NCBI GenBank assembly: GCA_016288635.1
Contig: JAEEKZ010000018.1
Span: 8,650 to 72,649 of the forward strand
Source of the DNA: Bacillales bacterium
Lineage (GTDB): Bacteria > Bacillota_I > Bacilli_A > RF39 > UBA660
Direction: 5' to 3'
DNA length: 64,000 nt
Shown: in pieces, positions 20,317 to 30,721 of the stretch
How positions within the stretch are numbered: the first letter of the stretch is position 1
How the letters are laid out: each line of letters opens with the position of its first letter
Program-made: the position numbers and the translations under genes
Notes under the pieces: generated by a model
Databases searched by the model: none
The model's input: only the letters and a program-made list of their open reading frames with translations
What the model was told of the DNA's origin: nothing

Positions 20317-21537
20317 ATGAAATTTGTTAGTAATATTAGTAGAAATAAGTATATTAATTTTGTTTCAAAACATCAAAAAGCTCATTTTTTACAATCTTAT
20401 GCATGGGGACAATTTGCTATTGTGGGTAAAAAGCAAGATCCTCTTTATGTTGGTATGGAAGACGATAAAGGCGATTTGAAATGTGCTGCTTTATTTTTAA
20501 AGAAAAATACTCCACTTGGTTATAGTTATATCTATTCACCTAGAGGTTTTGTAATTGATTTTAATGATAAGAAATTATTAAAAGAATTTACTGAAGCATT
20601 AAAAGAATATATGAAAAAGAATAAAGTAATATATATTAAGATAGATCCTGATATTAAGTATCAGACAATAGATGAAAACGCTAATAAGATAGATGGAGAA
20701 GATAATTATAAAATATATAACAATCTTAAAGAATTAGGATATATTCATAAAGGATTTAATAAATTATATGAAGGTAATCAACCTAGATATACGTTTAGAA
20801 CCGATTTAACACAGTCTGTTGAGGAAATAGATAGCAAGATAAGTAAATCTTTCTTAAAGAGCGTTAAACGTAGTTATACATACGAATTAGAGATGGATAA
20901 CGAACCTAATATAGATGAATTTTGTAGATTAAATCAATTTAATAGCGATAAAGATGATTTTTCTGCATATTCTAAAGAATATTTCACGGAGTTTTATAAT
21001 CAGTTTAGTAAAGAAAAGACTGTTAAGTTTTTCAATGCCTACGTTAATTATGATAAATTAAATAAAAATATTGATAATAATATTAAGGAAGTTGAAGAAA
21101 AATTAAAAGTAGATAAAAAACATGTTAATGATTTAAATAATCAATTAGAAAGATTAAAGAAAGATAAAGAAACATTTAGCAAGGGTAAAGGTAGAGTTAT
21201 GGTTTGCTCTTTAATATGTGTTTATGCTGGAGATAAAGCGTGGTCTTTATACATTGGTAGTGATGAACTTGCTAATTATACTTTTGCAGTTAGTAGATGT
21301 TATTATGAATCAATGCTTGATGCAAAAGAAAATGGATATAAAGTATATGATTTATTTGGTACTGTTGGAGATCCTAATACAACATACAAGAATTTGGCTC
21401 ATTTGCATGATTTTAAGAGGAAATTTGGTGGAGAATATGTCGAATTTATTGGTGAATTTGATTTAGTTAATAATAAACCTTTATATAGAATGTTACCAAC
21501 ATTACTAAAGATATATAGAAAAATAAGGAAGAATTAA
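20317..21537 (+). CDS. FemAB-family peptidoglycan interpeptide-bridge aminoacyltransferase (copy 1)
   Basis: MKFVSNISRNKYINFVSKHQKAHFLQSYAWGQF N-terminus, a central coiled-coil insert, and a C-terminal GNAT-like half (YDLFGTVGDP). ATG 20317 is preferred because the ORF-track start 20185 overlaps the lemA start. Confidence 0.85.
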   Translation: MKFVSNISRNKYINFVSKHQKAHFLQSYAWGQFAIVGKKQDPLYVGMEDDKGDLKCAALFLKKNTPLGYSYIYSPRGFVIDFNDKKLLKEFTEALKEYMKKNKVIYIKIDPDIKYQTIDENANKIDGEDNYKIYNNLKELGYIHKGFNKLYEGNQPRYTFRTDLTQSVEEIDSKISKSFLKSVKRSYTYELEMDNEPNIDEFCRLNQFNSDKDDFSAYSKEYFTEFYNQFSKEKTVKFFNAYVNYDKLNKNIDNNIKEVEEKLKVDKKHVNDLNNQLERLKKDKETFSKGKGRVMVCSLICVYAGDKAWSLYIGSDELANYTFAVSRCYYESMLDAKENGYKVYDLFGTVGDPNTTYKNLAHLHDFKRKFGGEYVEFIGEFDLVNNKPLYRMLPTLLKIYRKIRKN

Positions 21538-21539
21538 CC

Positions 21540-22787
21540 ATGGAATTTGTAATACTTGATGAAAAAGAATATTTAAGTTATGCATTAAAGAACGAATTTG
21601 TTTCTATTTATCAATTACCTGGATGGGGTAAGTTAAAGAAAGAAAATGGTTGGGACTATTACTTTGTTGGAGTTAAGAAAAAAGATAAGATATGTGGAGC
21701 GGCAATGCTACTTAGAAAGAAAGCCGTTTTAAATCTATATATCTTCTATTCTCCAAGAGGTTTTTTATTAGATTATAATGATATAGAGTTATTAAAATTC
21801 TTTAATGAATGTGTAATTAAATTTGTTAAAGAACATAAAGGATTAATGTTAAAAATTGATCCTAATGTTATTTATAACGTTTTAGATAAAGATGGTAATT
21901 TACTAAATGAAGAAAATCATGATTGTTATGATAATTTGTTAAAAGTTGGTTATAAACATTTAGGTTTTACTAAGAATTTTGAAACAATGCAACCGAGATA
22001 TTTATGTAGATATGATATTCTTGACTCTTATGAAGATACTTTAAATAGTTTTACTAAATCAACTAAGAAAAATATTATAAAGGCTGAGGAAGAGGGAATA
22101 GTTACTAGACCCATAAATGAAGATGAATACGATTTGTTCTATTCTTTATTAAAAAAGAGTGCGGATAATAAACATTTTATCTTAAGACCAAGTTGGTATT
22201 ATAAGAAAATGTATGACTACCTTAAAGACTATTTAACATATTTTATTACTTATCTTGATGTTTCTAAGTATAGAAATTATTTAAATAATAATTTGAGAGA
22301 ATTAGAAAGTAAGCATAAAGAAATTAAAGATAAGATGAGTAAATATGCTAATGTTGGAAGTAAACTAAATAATGAACTTGATATGGTCGAAAAGAGAATC
22401 GACAATGTTAAGAAAGAAATTTCTGAAGCTAAAGATATTAAAGAAGATAAAATTTATCTCGGTGCTTTAATGAGTGTCTTTACTGGTAATGAAGGAATTA
22501 CTTTTATGAGTGGAACAGATTCAGCTTATCGTAAATATAATATGAAATATTCTTTCTATAACGAACATTTAAAGGAATGTATAAAAAGAAAATTAAAATA
22601 TGTTAATTATTATGGTATATCAGGAGATTTAAATCCTAATAGTGAGTTCTATCATATTTATGAGATAAAAAAAGGATACAATCCTAAAATCTTAGAATTA
22701 GTTGGCGAATTCGATTATGTAGTTAATAAATTAAAATATATTGAATATAACGTTGCTTTAAAAGTATATAAATTATTAAAAAAGTAG
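21540..22787 (+). CDS. FemAB-family peptidoglycan interpeptide-bridge aminoacyltransferase (copy 2)
   Basis: 415 aa, colinear with copy 1 (LPGWGKLK, YSPRGFLLDYND, coiled-coil insert, YYGISGD). Confidence 0.85.
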   Translation: MEFVILDEKEYLSYALKNEFVSIYQLPGWGKLKKENGWDYYFVGVKKKDKICGAAMLLRKKAVLNLYIFYSPRGFLLDYNDIELLKFFNECVIKFVKEHKGLMLKIDPNVIYNVLDKDGNLLNEENHDCYDNLLKVGYKHLGFTKNFETMQPRYLCRYDILDSYEDTLNSFTKSTKKNIIKAEEEGIVTRPINEDEYDLFYSLLKKSADNKHFILRPSWYYKKMYDYLKDYLTYFITYLDVSKYRNYLNNNLRELESKHKEIKDKMSKYANVGSKLNNELDMVEKRIDNVKKEISEAKDIKEDKIYLGALMSVFTGNEGITFMSGTDSAYRKYNMKYSFYNEHLKECIKRKLKYVNYYGISGDLNPNSEFYHIYEIKKGYNPKILELVGEFDYVVNKLKYIEYNVALKVYKLLKK

Positions 22788-22794
22788 GCTAGTT

Positions 22795-23562
22795 ATGGAA
22801 GAAAAAAAGAATGAAGAGAGTAAACCTAAGAATAATATAAATATTAAACTAATTGTAACAATTGTAGTTGTTGTAGTTGTTTTAGCTATATTGATTGTTT
22901 TGAGTTTTGTTTTTGGTTTATGGAATAAGAAACATGTTGAGGTATTTAGATATGGATATCAATATGATGAAAAGACTTTAATTATTTCTTCTTTAGAAGT
23001 TCCATATAAGAATTACACATTAAATCAGGCTTTTAAGGATAAAGACATTACATTAGATGATTTTATTAAAAAGTTAACTAAAGTAAAGACTGATGAAAAA
23101 AACACAATATATTCATATGATAGATCAAAAAAGAATATGGGTAATAAGGATTTTTATGTGTTAGTTTGTGAGTCTAAAGAGAAAGTTTATATTAGTAGAT
23201 ATGAGGAAAATTTAGAAAAACTATGTGATATTAAGTATGATGATTTAGATGGTTTATCAATGAATGTTAAAGAGGGTAGTGTTACTTCGACAGGGTGTAC
23301 TCTAGTTATCAATAATACGAATAAATATGAAATACCAGAAGATTATTATATTCAATATAAAAATGGGTTAGTATGGTTAGATTTGGATAAAATTGGTGAA
23401 AAAGAAACTCCTGATAAGGTTTATAAAGATGCAAATTTAGAACTTAACGTTGAATGGAGAAGTATGTATGGTTCACTAGTTAAAGGTAACTATCGTATAG
23501 TTAAAAAAGTTAGCGTTAATGGTATGCTAGTTCATTACATAACTGCAAGTTTTGAAATATAA
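22795..23562 (+). CDS. hypothetical membrane-anchored protein
   Basis: 255 aa with one N-terminal TM (LIVTIVVVVVVLAILIVLSFVFGLW) and an extracytoplasmic domain with no recognised family. Confidence 0.6.
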   Translation: MEEKKNEESKPKNNINIKLIVTIVVVVVVLAILIVLSFVFGLWNKKHVEVFRYGYQYDEKTLIISSLEVPYKNYTLNQAFKDKDITLDDFIKKLTKVKTDEKNTIYSYDRSKKNMGNKDFYVLVCESKEKVYISRYEENLEKLCDIKYDDLDGLSMNVKEGSVTSTGCTLVINNTNKYEIPEDYYIQYKNGLVWLDLDKIGEKETPDKVYKDANLELNVEWRSMYGSLVKGNYRIVKKVSVNGMLVHYITASFEI

Positions 23563-23593
23563 TAAAAGAAGAAAAATAAAACGGAGGAATAAA

Positions 23594-24607
23594 ATGGAAG
23601 AAAAGAATAAAAATATTGGCGTGGAAACAGCAAATGATATAAATAAGTCTATGGATAGTGACGCATCTATTAAAAATCAACAATTAGTTGTAGATCCCAA
23701 GAAGAGTAAATTGCCCTTTATATTATTGTTGATAATTTTACTAATTGCAGGTGGATTTGTAGGGTGGTTCCTTGCTTTAAACACTAGTGGATCTAATAAT
23801 GGACAACCGGTTAAAAAGAATGGAAAGCAAACAGTTGATATTTCATCTGGTGAAGTAACGAAAGCAATCAAAGGATTTGATTATATTAATATTAATTCAG
23901 ATGAATTATTACAAAATGGATTATATAATATCTCGAACTTATCATTAGCGCAAAAGATAGAAACATTAGGTAATATTGTTTATGATAAAAATAGAGGAAT
24001 TATTGCCACTTGCGGTGGACAGTTAATTACTGAAATATCAATAGATGAAATGAATAATTATATTAAGGAAGCTTTAGATATGGTGTTTACTAAAGAAGAA
24101 TTAGAAGCAAATGCTGAAAATAGCTCATATACATACTATGTTTATGAAGACAATGAAGACTCTAAATTCTATGACATTGAGGGCAGAGTTGTTTCAGGAA
24201 GTGGAGATTTTTGGATTTTTATAACTAATGGAAAGTATTATATTATGAGCAACAATTGTGATGGTGGGGATGAAGAATATATATTACATAAAAAACTAAT
24301 AAATGCTGAAAAAGAAGATAATAAATTATATGTCTATGAGAAAAGAGCTTTCTATGATATAGATTATGATGCTGAAGAATTATCAGTTGAAAATGAGGAT
24401 TTATATTCAAAAGTAATAGTTAATTATTTCAAAGATTATGAAAAAACTAAATTCATAGAGTCTCTCGAAGGTGGAAATTATGGTGGGCTTACTTCATATA
24501 CTGAGCAAAGTTCTGAATTATCTTGGGACAATTATAATACGTATAAATATACGTTTATTATAAAAAATGGAAATTATTACTTTCAAAAATATGAATTAGT
24601 TAAGTAG
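23594..24607 (+). CDS. hypothetical membrane-anchored protein
   Basis: ATG 23594 follows SD GGAGGA. One TM (LPFILLLIILLIAGGFVGWFLAL) and an extracytoplasmic domain with no recognised family. Confidence 0.6.
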   Translation: MEEKNKNIGVETANDINKSMDSDASIKNQQLVVDPKKSKLPFILLLIILLIAGGFVGWFLALNTSGSNNGQPVKKNGKQTVDISSGEVTKAIKGFDYININSDELLQNGLYNISNLSLAQKIETLGNIVYDKNRGIIATCGGQLITEISIDEMNNYIKEALDMVFTKEELEANAENSSYTYYVYEDNEDSKFYDIEGRVVSGSGDFWIFITNGKYYIMSNNCDGGDEEYILHKKLINAEKEDNKLYVYEKRAFYDIDYDAEELSVENEDLYSKVIVNYFKDYEKTKFIESLEGGNYGGLTSYTEQSSELSWDNYNTYKYTFIIKNGNYYFQKYELVK

Positions 24608-24623
24608 AAAGGTATTCTACTTG

Positions 24624-24656
24624 AAAAAAAGAGCAAATTACTTTTTGCTCTTTTTT
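24624..24656. terminator. bidirectional intrinsic terminator
   Basis: GAGCAAA/TTTGCTC stem extended by flanking A7 and T6 runs, lying between convergent genes. Confidence 0.7.
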
Positions 24657-26230
24657 AATTTATAAACTATTATTTCATCAAGTGTTTTCTTATTTAATAA
24701 ATAGTATATTGCTAGGCATACAATACCAATTATTGCTAAATATACCATTGTTAATAATTTGCCAAATGAATGAGGTATAAATCTTTCATACATATAAGCT
24801 ATTATAACAAGTATAATAATACTTAATAATAATTTAGGAATTTTTTTAAATGTCTCTGTGTAGTTAAATTGATAATTTCTGTGTAAATAGGTTAGTGTAA
24901 GAACAATGGAAATTGAGTAACCAATTAATGTTGCTAGTAAAGCCCCATAATAAGGGTATATACCAACTTTATTACATAGATGTATAAGAGGTATATCTAG
25001 TAGTGCATTAAGCCCTAGACCCACTAAAACGATGAAATAAACGAATTTGAATTTATTCATGGCGTTTAATGTTGAACACATTACTGTAAATGATCCATCA
25101 AAGAACGCTATTATGAAGTATAATTTCATAATTATTGGGCCAAAAGTTTTTTCTGCATAGAAGATACTCCATATTTCACTAGCAAAGATACTTGTAAATA
25201 AGGATAATGGTAATACTACAAATAATAGTAATTGTAATGCTTTATTAAAGTTTTTATTAACATCATCTACTTTATTTAAAGTATAGCTTGATACTACAGC
25301 AGGTATCAAACTCATTACTAATCCTGTTGATATAGCTGTTACAATACTTGTAAGCTTGCTTCCCCAGGTAGTAAATACACTACTGATTGTTTCAATATCA
25401 ACACCATTTAATCCTACTGAATCTAATCCCCTTATTAAGAGAATCATGTCAGTTGTGTTATATAAGTTATTCGCTGCACTTATTATAATAAATGGAAGAG
25501 AATACATAAGTATTTTTTTTAATACTTCTTTTTTCTCATTTTTGCTAATATCCTTTGTTTGTTCCTTTTCTATATACTTTTTCTTTTTATATGTTAAGTA
25601 TAGGTATGTTATAATTGCCCCTGCAGTTGCTCCTGATACAGCAATACCTACTGCTGTTTTAATATCGGTTTTAAATACATATATTGCTACATATACCCCT
25701 ACAATAATTACAAATATTCTTACTAATTGCTCTATTACTTGACTGAATGATGAGTCTTTAATATATTTGTGTCCTTGTAAATATCCTCTTGTAATACTTA
25801 AATTTGGAACAATTAGTATTGCAAATGATACGCATCTAATTACAAAAGCTATATCTGCGATACTATTTTTCCCAGTTACTTCACCAATTATTAAGTGAGC
25901 AATATCTTTAGCAAATATAAAGCATATTAGAAAACATACTATTGATGTTGCTAATATTATCTTTTGAGCAAGCTTAAACATATATTCTTTTTGTTTTGAT
26001 TTTTTTAGAGCAATATATTCGCTTGTAACTTTACTTATTGCTAGAGGTATACCTGCAGAAGATATTATTAGGAATAAGTTATATATGTTATAAGCATATC
26101 CATATAATGCTCCTCCATCGGTACCTATCATCTTATAAAAAGGTATTACATATAATACTCCAAGAACTTTTGTTAAAATAATTGCAATTGAAGCAAATAA
26201 TGCACCTTCTAGAAATGTGTTTTTCTTCAT
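24638..26230 (-). CDS. MOP-superfamily flippase (MurJ/YtgP/SpoVB-like; putative lipid II flippase)
   Basis: 530 aa, about 14 TM helices, with an N-terminus FLEGALFASIAIILTKVLGVLYVIPF typical of polysaccharide-biosynthesis/MurJ-like proteins. Confidence 0.75.
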   Translation of the reverse strand: MKKNTFLEGALFASIAIILTKVLGVLYVIPFYKMIGTDGGALYGYAYNIYNLFLIISSAGIPLAISKVTSEYIALKKSKQKEYMFKLAQKIILATSIVCFLICFIFAKDIAHLIIGEVTGKNSIADIAFVIRCVSFAILIVPNLSITRGYLQGHKYIKDSSFSQVIEQLVRIFVIIVGVYVAIYVFKTDIKTAVGIAVSGATAGAIITYLYLTYKKKKYIEKEQTKDISKNEKKEVLKKILMYSLPFIIISAANNLYNTTDMILLIRGLDSVGLNGVDIETISSVFTTWGSKLTSIVTAISTGLVMSLIPAVVSSYTLNKVDDVNKNFNKALQLLLFVVLPLSLFTSIFASEIWSIFYAEKTFGPIIMKLYFIIAFFDGSFTVMCSTLNAMNKFKFVYFIVLVGLGLNALLDIPLIHLCNKVGIYPYYGALLATLIGYSISIVLTLTYLHRNYQFNYTETFKKIPKLLLSIIILVIIAYMYERFIPHSFGKLLTMVYLAIIGIVCLAIYYLLNKKTLDEIIVYKLKKSKK

Positions 26231-26322
26231 TTATATCACGTTTCTATTCTATCTAATTTATTGAATTATGTCAAAAAATTACTACAAAAATTTCGATTAG
26301 TTTATTTTCATAAAAAAACATA

Positions 26323-26350
26323 TTGAAAATAAAAAATCGTATGTTATAAT
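26323..26350 (+). promoter_or_regulatory. sigma-A type promoter of the DUF1934-argS-rpoE unit
   Basis: TTGAAA (26323-26328), 16 nt, TGtTATAAT (26345-26350). Confidence 0.65.
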
Positions 26351-26377
26351 GTTCTAGAAAAAACGAGGTGAGTCCTA

Positions 26378-26707
26378 TTGCAAAGTATAGTTGACTATTG
26401 TCTATTCACTGACGATGTTATTGAATTAGATAAGCATGATATTGAGGCTAATTACCTTGTAGATAAAAAGCTTGAATTTGATAATAATATAGTTGATTTT
26501 GTCAATAGAACCCTGTTTCGGACAGGTGAAGATTATACTATGAAAATTGATTTCAATAAGCAAACTTGTGAATTAGTATTTGAAGAAGGAAATACCTTGG
26601 TTGATATAGAATCTAGTTTGACTTTTGAAAACAATGTCGTAACTATAATCTATTCATTTGGTGAAGAAAAGAAGAAGATAGTTATATCTTTAAAGGAGAC
26701 ATTATGA
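26378..26707 (+). CDS. DUF1934 (YwiB-like) beta-barrel protein
   Basis: 109 aa with a TTG start after SD GAGGTG. The position directly upstream of argS matches the Bacilli ywiB-argS arrangement. Sequence similarity was judged only by eye. Confidence 0.5.
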   Translation: MQSIVDYCLFTDDVIELDKHDIEANYLVDKKLEFDNNIVDFVNRTLFRTGEDYTMKIDFNKQTCELVFEEGNTLVDIESSLTFENNVVTIIYSFGEEKKKIVISLKETL

Positions 26708-28311
26708 AAGAAAAATTAATTGATAAAATAAATGTTGTATTAAAAGATATGGGTGTTGAAAATGCTGATTTTTTAGTTGAAATACCTAAAGATGTAAAAA
26801 ATGGTGATTATTCTTCAAACGTAGCTATGAAGCTTGCAAAAGTTCTACATAAGAGCCCTAATGAAATAGGAAAAGAAATTGTTGATAAGATTGATAGAGA
26901 CGGAATTAAAAATATTGAGTTGGTTGGGCCAGGTTTTATCAACTTTTATATGGAAAAAGACTACTTAATTAAGAATATAGATTATATTAATGAAGTAAAA
27001 CTTGATTATGGTAGAAATGAAAATGGTAAGGGTAAGAAAATAAATATTGAATTTGTTAGTGCAAATCCAACGGGAATACTTCATATGGGTAATGCCAGAG
27101 GTGGGGCTTATGGTGACTCACTTGCAAGAATATTTAAATTTAATGGATATGATGTTGTAAAAGAGTATTATGTAAATGATGCTGGTGTACAAATAGATAA
27201 TCTAGGTAAATCAATAAGAGTTAGATATTTGAATTTATTAGGCGTTAAAGAAGAATTACCTGAAAATGGATATCATGGTAATGAAATTGTTGATATTGCT
27301 AAAGAGTTATTTGAAAAAAATGGTGATACATTAAAAGATGCTGATTTAGAGTATTTTAAGAAATATGGTATTGATTATTTGCTTGGTAAGATTAAAGAAG
27401 ATTTAAAGAGATATCGTATTGAATATGATGTATTCTCATCAGAAAAAGATATTAGAACTAATTATTCTTTGGAAGAGTTTATTGATAAACTTGATAAGAA
27501 TGGTTATATATATGATGAAGATGGAGCTAAATGGTTTAAATGCTCATTATTATTTGATGATAAAGACCATGTACTTCAAAAAGAAGATGGAACATATACT
27601 TATTTAATGCCAGATATTATTTATCACTATGATAAATATAAAAGAGGTTTTGATAAGATGATAGATGTTCTAGGAACTGATCATCATGGTTATGTTGCTA
27701 GATTAAAGAGTAGTGTTAAAGCTCTAGGAAATGATCCGGATAAATTAGAGGTTAAATTACTTCAACTAGTTAGATTAATGGAAAACGGCGAAGTAGTTAA
27801 AATGAGTAAAAGATCTGGTAAATCAATTACATTAAGTGATTTAATGGACGATGTAGGGGTTAATGCGGCTAGATATTACTTCTCAAAAGTAAGCTTAGAT
27901 ACTCAAATGGACTTTAATTTGAATTTAGCTAAAGAAAAGTCAAATGAAAATCCAGTATTCTACATTAATTATGCTTATGCAAGAATTTGTAGTATTTTGA
28001 GTAATTATGAGAAAGAATTTAAAATAAAAGAATATACTACACTGAATAACGAAAATGCATATAATTTATTAAAAGTATTATATGAATGGCCAGAGGTAGT
28101 TAAGAGTGCTTCTGATAAGGAATTGCCTCATTTGATAGCAAATTATGCATATGATTTAGCTAGTGCATTCCATTCATATTATGATAAAGTAAGAATTATC
28201 AGCGATGATAAGACAAGTACTGAAGAAAATATCAATTTATTATTTGCAATTAAGTATACTTTAAAAATTTCATTAGAATTAATAGGTGTTGAGCCAATCG
28301 AAAGGATGTAA
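26704..28311 (+). CDS. argS: arginine--tRNA ligase
   Basis: 535 aa class I synthetase with SANPTGILHMGNARG (HIGH region), KMSKRSG (KMSK) and a C-terminal anticodon-binding domain. Confidence 0.95.
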   Translation: MKEKLIDKINVVLKDMGVENADFLVEIPKDVKNGDYSSNVAMKLAKVLHKSPNEIGKEIVDKIDRDGIKNIELVGPGFINFYMEKDYLIKNIDYINEVKLDYGRNENGKGKKINIEFVSANPTGILHMGNARGGAYGDSLARIFKFNGYDVVKEYYVNDAGVQIDNLGKSIRVRYLNLLGVKEELPENGYHGNEIVDIAKELFEKNGDTLKDADLEYFKKYGIDYLLGKIKEDLKRYRIEYDVFSSEKDIRTNYSLEEFIDKLDKNGYIYDEDGAKWFKCSLLFDDKDHVLQKEDGTYTYLMPDIIYHYDKYKRGFDKMIDVLGTDHHGYVARLKSSVKALGNDPDKLEVKLLQLVRLMENGEVVKMSKRSGKSITLSDLMDDVGVNAARYYFSKVSLDTQMDFNLNLAKEKSNENPVFYINYAYARICSILSNYEKEFKIKEYTTLNNENAYNLLKVLYEWPEVVKSASDKELPHLIANYAYDLASAFHSYYDKVRIISDDKTSTEENINLLFAIKYTLKISLELIGVEPIERM

Positions 28312-28320
28312 AATATAAAC

Positions 28321-28779
28321 ATGAAACTAAAAGATTATACAGTAGAAGAACTAGAAACAATGGGGTACGATGAGATTGCTAACCTTGTATTAAGTGAATC
28401 TAATAAAAAGATGAAGCTTATTGACTTATTTGGTAAAGTTAATTTAGCATTAGGACGTGAAGCTGATAGTGATTTAGATCATATTACAGATTTCTTTGAA
28501 TTATTATCTACAAATAAGAAATTTGTTATGTTAGATAATGGTTACTGGGATTTACAAACTAAACACAAGTCACAAGTTGTTATTGAAGATGACGATGAGG
28601 ATTTTGCTGATATGGATGAAGTAGAAGAATCATCTAGTGAAGATGTTGAAGAAGAGGAAGAAAACGCTTCTAATGAAGATATTTTCTATGAAGGTGACGA
28701 CCAAGATACAATTACTGATGATGACGATGATTTAGCCGATTTAATGGTTGTTGGCGAAGAAGAGGAAGAAGTTAACTAA
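28321..28779 (+). CDS. rpoE: RNA polymerase delta subunit
   Basis: HARE-HTH-like N-terminal domain (EELETMGYDEIANLVL...FVMLDNGYWDL) followed by a long Asp/Glu C-terminal tail. Confidence 0.88.
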   Translation: MKLKDYTVEELETMGYDEIANLVLSESNKKMKLIDLFGKVNLALGREADSDLDHITDFFELLSTNKKFVMLDNGYWDLQTKHKSQVVIEDDDEDFADMDEVEESSSEDVEEEEENASNEDIFYEGDDQDTITDDDDDLADLMVVGEEEEEVN

Positions 28780-28805
28780 AAAGACTGCAATGCAGTCTTT
28801 TTTTG
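28778..28805 (+). terminator. intrinsic terminator after rpoE
   Basis: AAAGACTGCA/TGCAGTCTTT palindromic stem followed by T8. Confidence 0.8.
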
Positions 28806-28815
28806 TTGCTAATTA

Positions 28816-28843
28816 TTGAGTTTTTTTCAATGTTTGGTATAAT
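28816..28843 (+). promoter_or_regulatory. sigma-A type promoter of prfA-prmC
   Basis: TTGAGT, 16 nt, TGgTATAAT (28838-28843). Confidence 0.6.
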
Positions 28844-28867
28844 TATTTAGCAAAGGGAGGACTTTTT

Positions 28868-29932
28868 ATGTTTAAAAGACTTGATAATATTGTTGAAAAA
28901 TATGAAGAACTAACAAAAATGTTATCTGATCCAGAAGTATTAAATGATTTTAATAAAGTTAAAGAATTATCTAAAGAACAAAGTGATTTAGAGGAAACAG
29001 TTAATGTTTATAGAGAATATAAGAAAACTAATAATGATATAGCAGAAGCCAAGGAAATGCTTAATGATCCTGAAATGAAAGAAATGGCTGAATTAGAACT
29101 TCAAGAACTAGAAGAAAAATTACCAAAATTATATAGCGAATTAGAGAAACTATTAGTTCCTAAAGATGAATTTGATGATAAGAATATTATTATGGAAATT
29201 CGTGGAGCTGCTGGTGGAGATGAAGCAAATATATTTGCTGGTGATTTATTTAGAATGTATTCATATTATGCAGAACATAATGGATGGAATATTGAAGTAA
29301 CACATCAACTTGAAGGAACAAGTGGAGGATTCTCACAAATAGAATGTATGATTAAAGGAAAAGGGGTTTATTCTAAACTAAAATATGAGAGTGGGTCTCA
29401 TAGAGTTCAAAGAATTCCCGTTACTGAAACACAGGGAAGAGTACATACTTCAACCGCTACTGTTCTAGTAATGCCTGAAGTAGATGATGTTAATATTGAA
29501 ATTAAAGAATCTGACTTAAAGATAGATGTATACCATTCAAGTGGAGCAGGAGGACAATCTGTTAATACATCAAATTCAGCAGTTAGAATTACACACGTTC
29601 CTACAGGCATCATTGTTACTTGCCAAACTGAACGTAGTCAGTTAAAAAATAAAGATAGAGCAATGAAGATGCTTAGAGTAAAAATGTATGATGAACAATT
29701 AAGAAAACAAGAAGCTGAAACAGCAACAAGAAGATCTAAGGTTGGAACAGGCGATAGATCAGAAAAAATAAGAACATATAATTATCCTCAAAATAGAGTT
29801 ACGGATCATAGAATTAATTTTTCTATTATGGAATTAGATAGAGTAATGAACGGTTATTTAGAACCAATTATAGAGGCTTTAATAAATGAAGATATGAGAT
29901 TGAAGCTTGCTGGTGAAAATTTGAATGACTAA
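28868..29932 (+). CDS. prfA: peptide chain release factor 1
   Basis: PVT tripeptide (RIPVTETQGR), GGQ motif (SGAGGQSVN), 354 aa. Confidence 0.95.
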   Translation: MFKRLDNIVEKYEELTKMLSDPEVLNDFNKVKELSKEQSDLEETVNVYREYKKTNNDIAEAKEMLNDPEMKEMAELELQELEEKLPKLYSELEKLLVPKDEFDDKNIIMEIRGAAGGDEANIFAGDLFRMYSYYAEHNGWNIEVTHQLEGTSGGFSQIECMIKGKGVYSKLKYESGSHRVQRIPVTETQGRVHTSTATVLVMPEVDDVNIEIKESDLKIDVYHSSGAGGQSVNTSNSAVRITHVPTGIIVTCQTERSQLKNKDRAMKMLRVKMYDEQLRKQEAETATRRSKVGTGDRSEKIRTYNYPQNRVTDHRINFSIMELDRVMNGYLEPIIEALINEDMRLKLAGENLND

Positions 29933-30638
29933 TGAAGAATTAATTAGAAAATATGTATCAGTTGAAAAACAGGTTGATGCTTTAAAAAAACTAGAAGAGG
30001 GATATCCTGTTCAGTATATAATTGGGAATGTTGATTTCAATGGGGTTAATATTGAGGTAAATGAAGATGTGTTAATTCCTAGATTTGAAACAGAGTTGCT
30101 TGTTGATAAATTAAAGAAATATATTGACAAAGTATTTAGTGATAAAAGAATAACGATAATGGATTTATGTACCGGAAGTGGTGCAATAGCAATATATTTA
30201 AAGAAAAATTGTAATGCTGTTGTTTATGGGTGCGATATTTCTGAAAAAGCGTTAGATGTTGCTAAAAGAAATGCGTTAAATAATAAAGTTTTAGTTAATT
30301 ATACAGAACATGATGTTTTAAATTCAATTGATGGTAAATATGATGTGATTGTTTCTAATCCTCCCTATGTGGGATTTGATGAAGAAGTAGACGAGTTAAC
30401 AAAATATGAGCCGCAAAAAGCCATATTTGCTGATGATAATGGATTGTTATTTTATAAAAAGATATTAACCTATATAGGTAATAACTTAAATGATAAATAT
30501 ATTATTGCATTTGAGATTGGTTGTAAACAAGGTGATGCATTAAAGAAATTGGCATTAGAGAAGTTTCCTGCAGCTAAAATTACTATAGAAAAAGATTTAA
30601 ATAGTAAAGATAGATATATGTTTATAATAAGTGAATAA
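29925..30638 (+). CDS. prmC: release factor glutamine methyltransferase PrmC/HemK
   Basis: SAM-binding DLCTGSGAIA and catalytic NPPY (VSNPPYV). It overlaps the prfA 3' end. Confidence 0.9.
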   Translation: MTNEELIRKYVSVEKQVDALKKLEEGYPVQYIIGNVDFNGVNIEVNEDVLIPRFETELLVDKLKKYIDKVFSDKRITIMDLCTGSGAIAIYLKKNCNAVVYGCDISEKALDVAKRNALNNKVLVNYTEHDVLNSIDGKYDVIVSNPPYVGFDEEVDELTKYEPQKAIFADDNGLLFYKKILTYIGNNLNDKYIIAFEIGCKQGDALKKLALEKFPAAKITIEKDLNSKDRYMFIISE

Positions 30639-30667
30639 AACTATTATTGATAAATAATAGTTTTTTG
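30637..30667 (+). terminator. intrinsic terminator after prmC
   Basis: Perfect 12-bp stem AAAACTATTATT/AATAATAGTTTT with loop GATA, followed by a T-run. Confidence 0.75.
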
Positions 30668-30673
30668 TTTCAT

Positions 30674-30702
30674 TTGACAAAGTTTTTTAAAAAATATAAA
30701 AT
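30674..30702 (+). promoter_or_regulatory. sigma-A type promoter of murA
   Basis: TTGACA (30674-30679), 17 nt, TAAAAT (30697-30702). Confidence 0.65.
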
Positions 30703-30721
30703 TTATTTAGAGGAGAATGGT

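Noticed and set aside
25356-25742. 128-aa plus-strand ORF opposite the murJ-like flippase.
   Set aside because: It is the antisense shadow of a 530-aa polytopic protein gene.
26231-26377. Possible T-box riboswitch upstream of argS.
   Set aside because: The transcript leader from the TTGAAA-16-TATAAT promoter is only about 25 nt and a DUF1934 gene intervenes. I found no specifier-loop or T-box (AGGGUGGNACCGCG-like) sequence.
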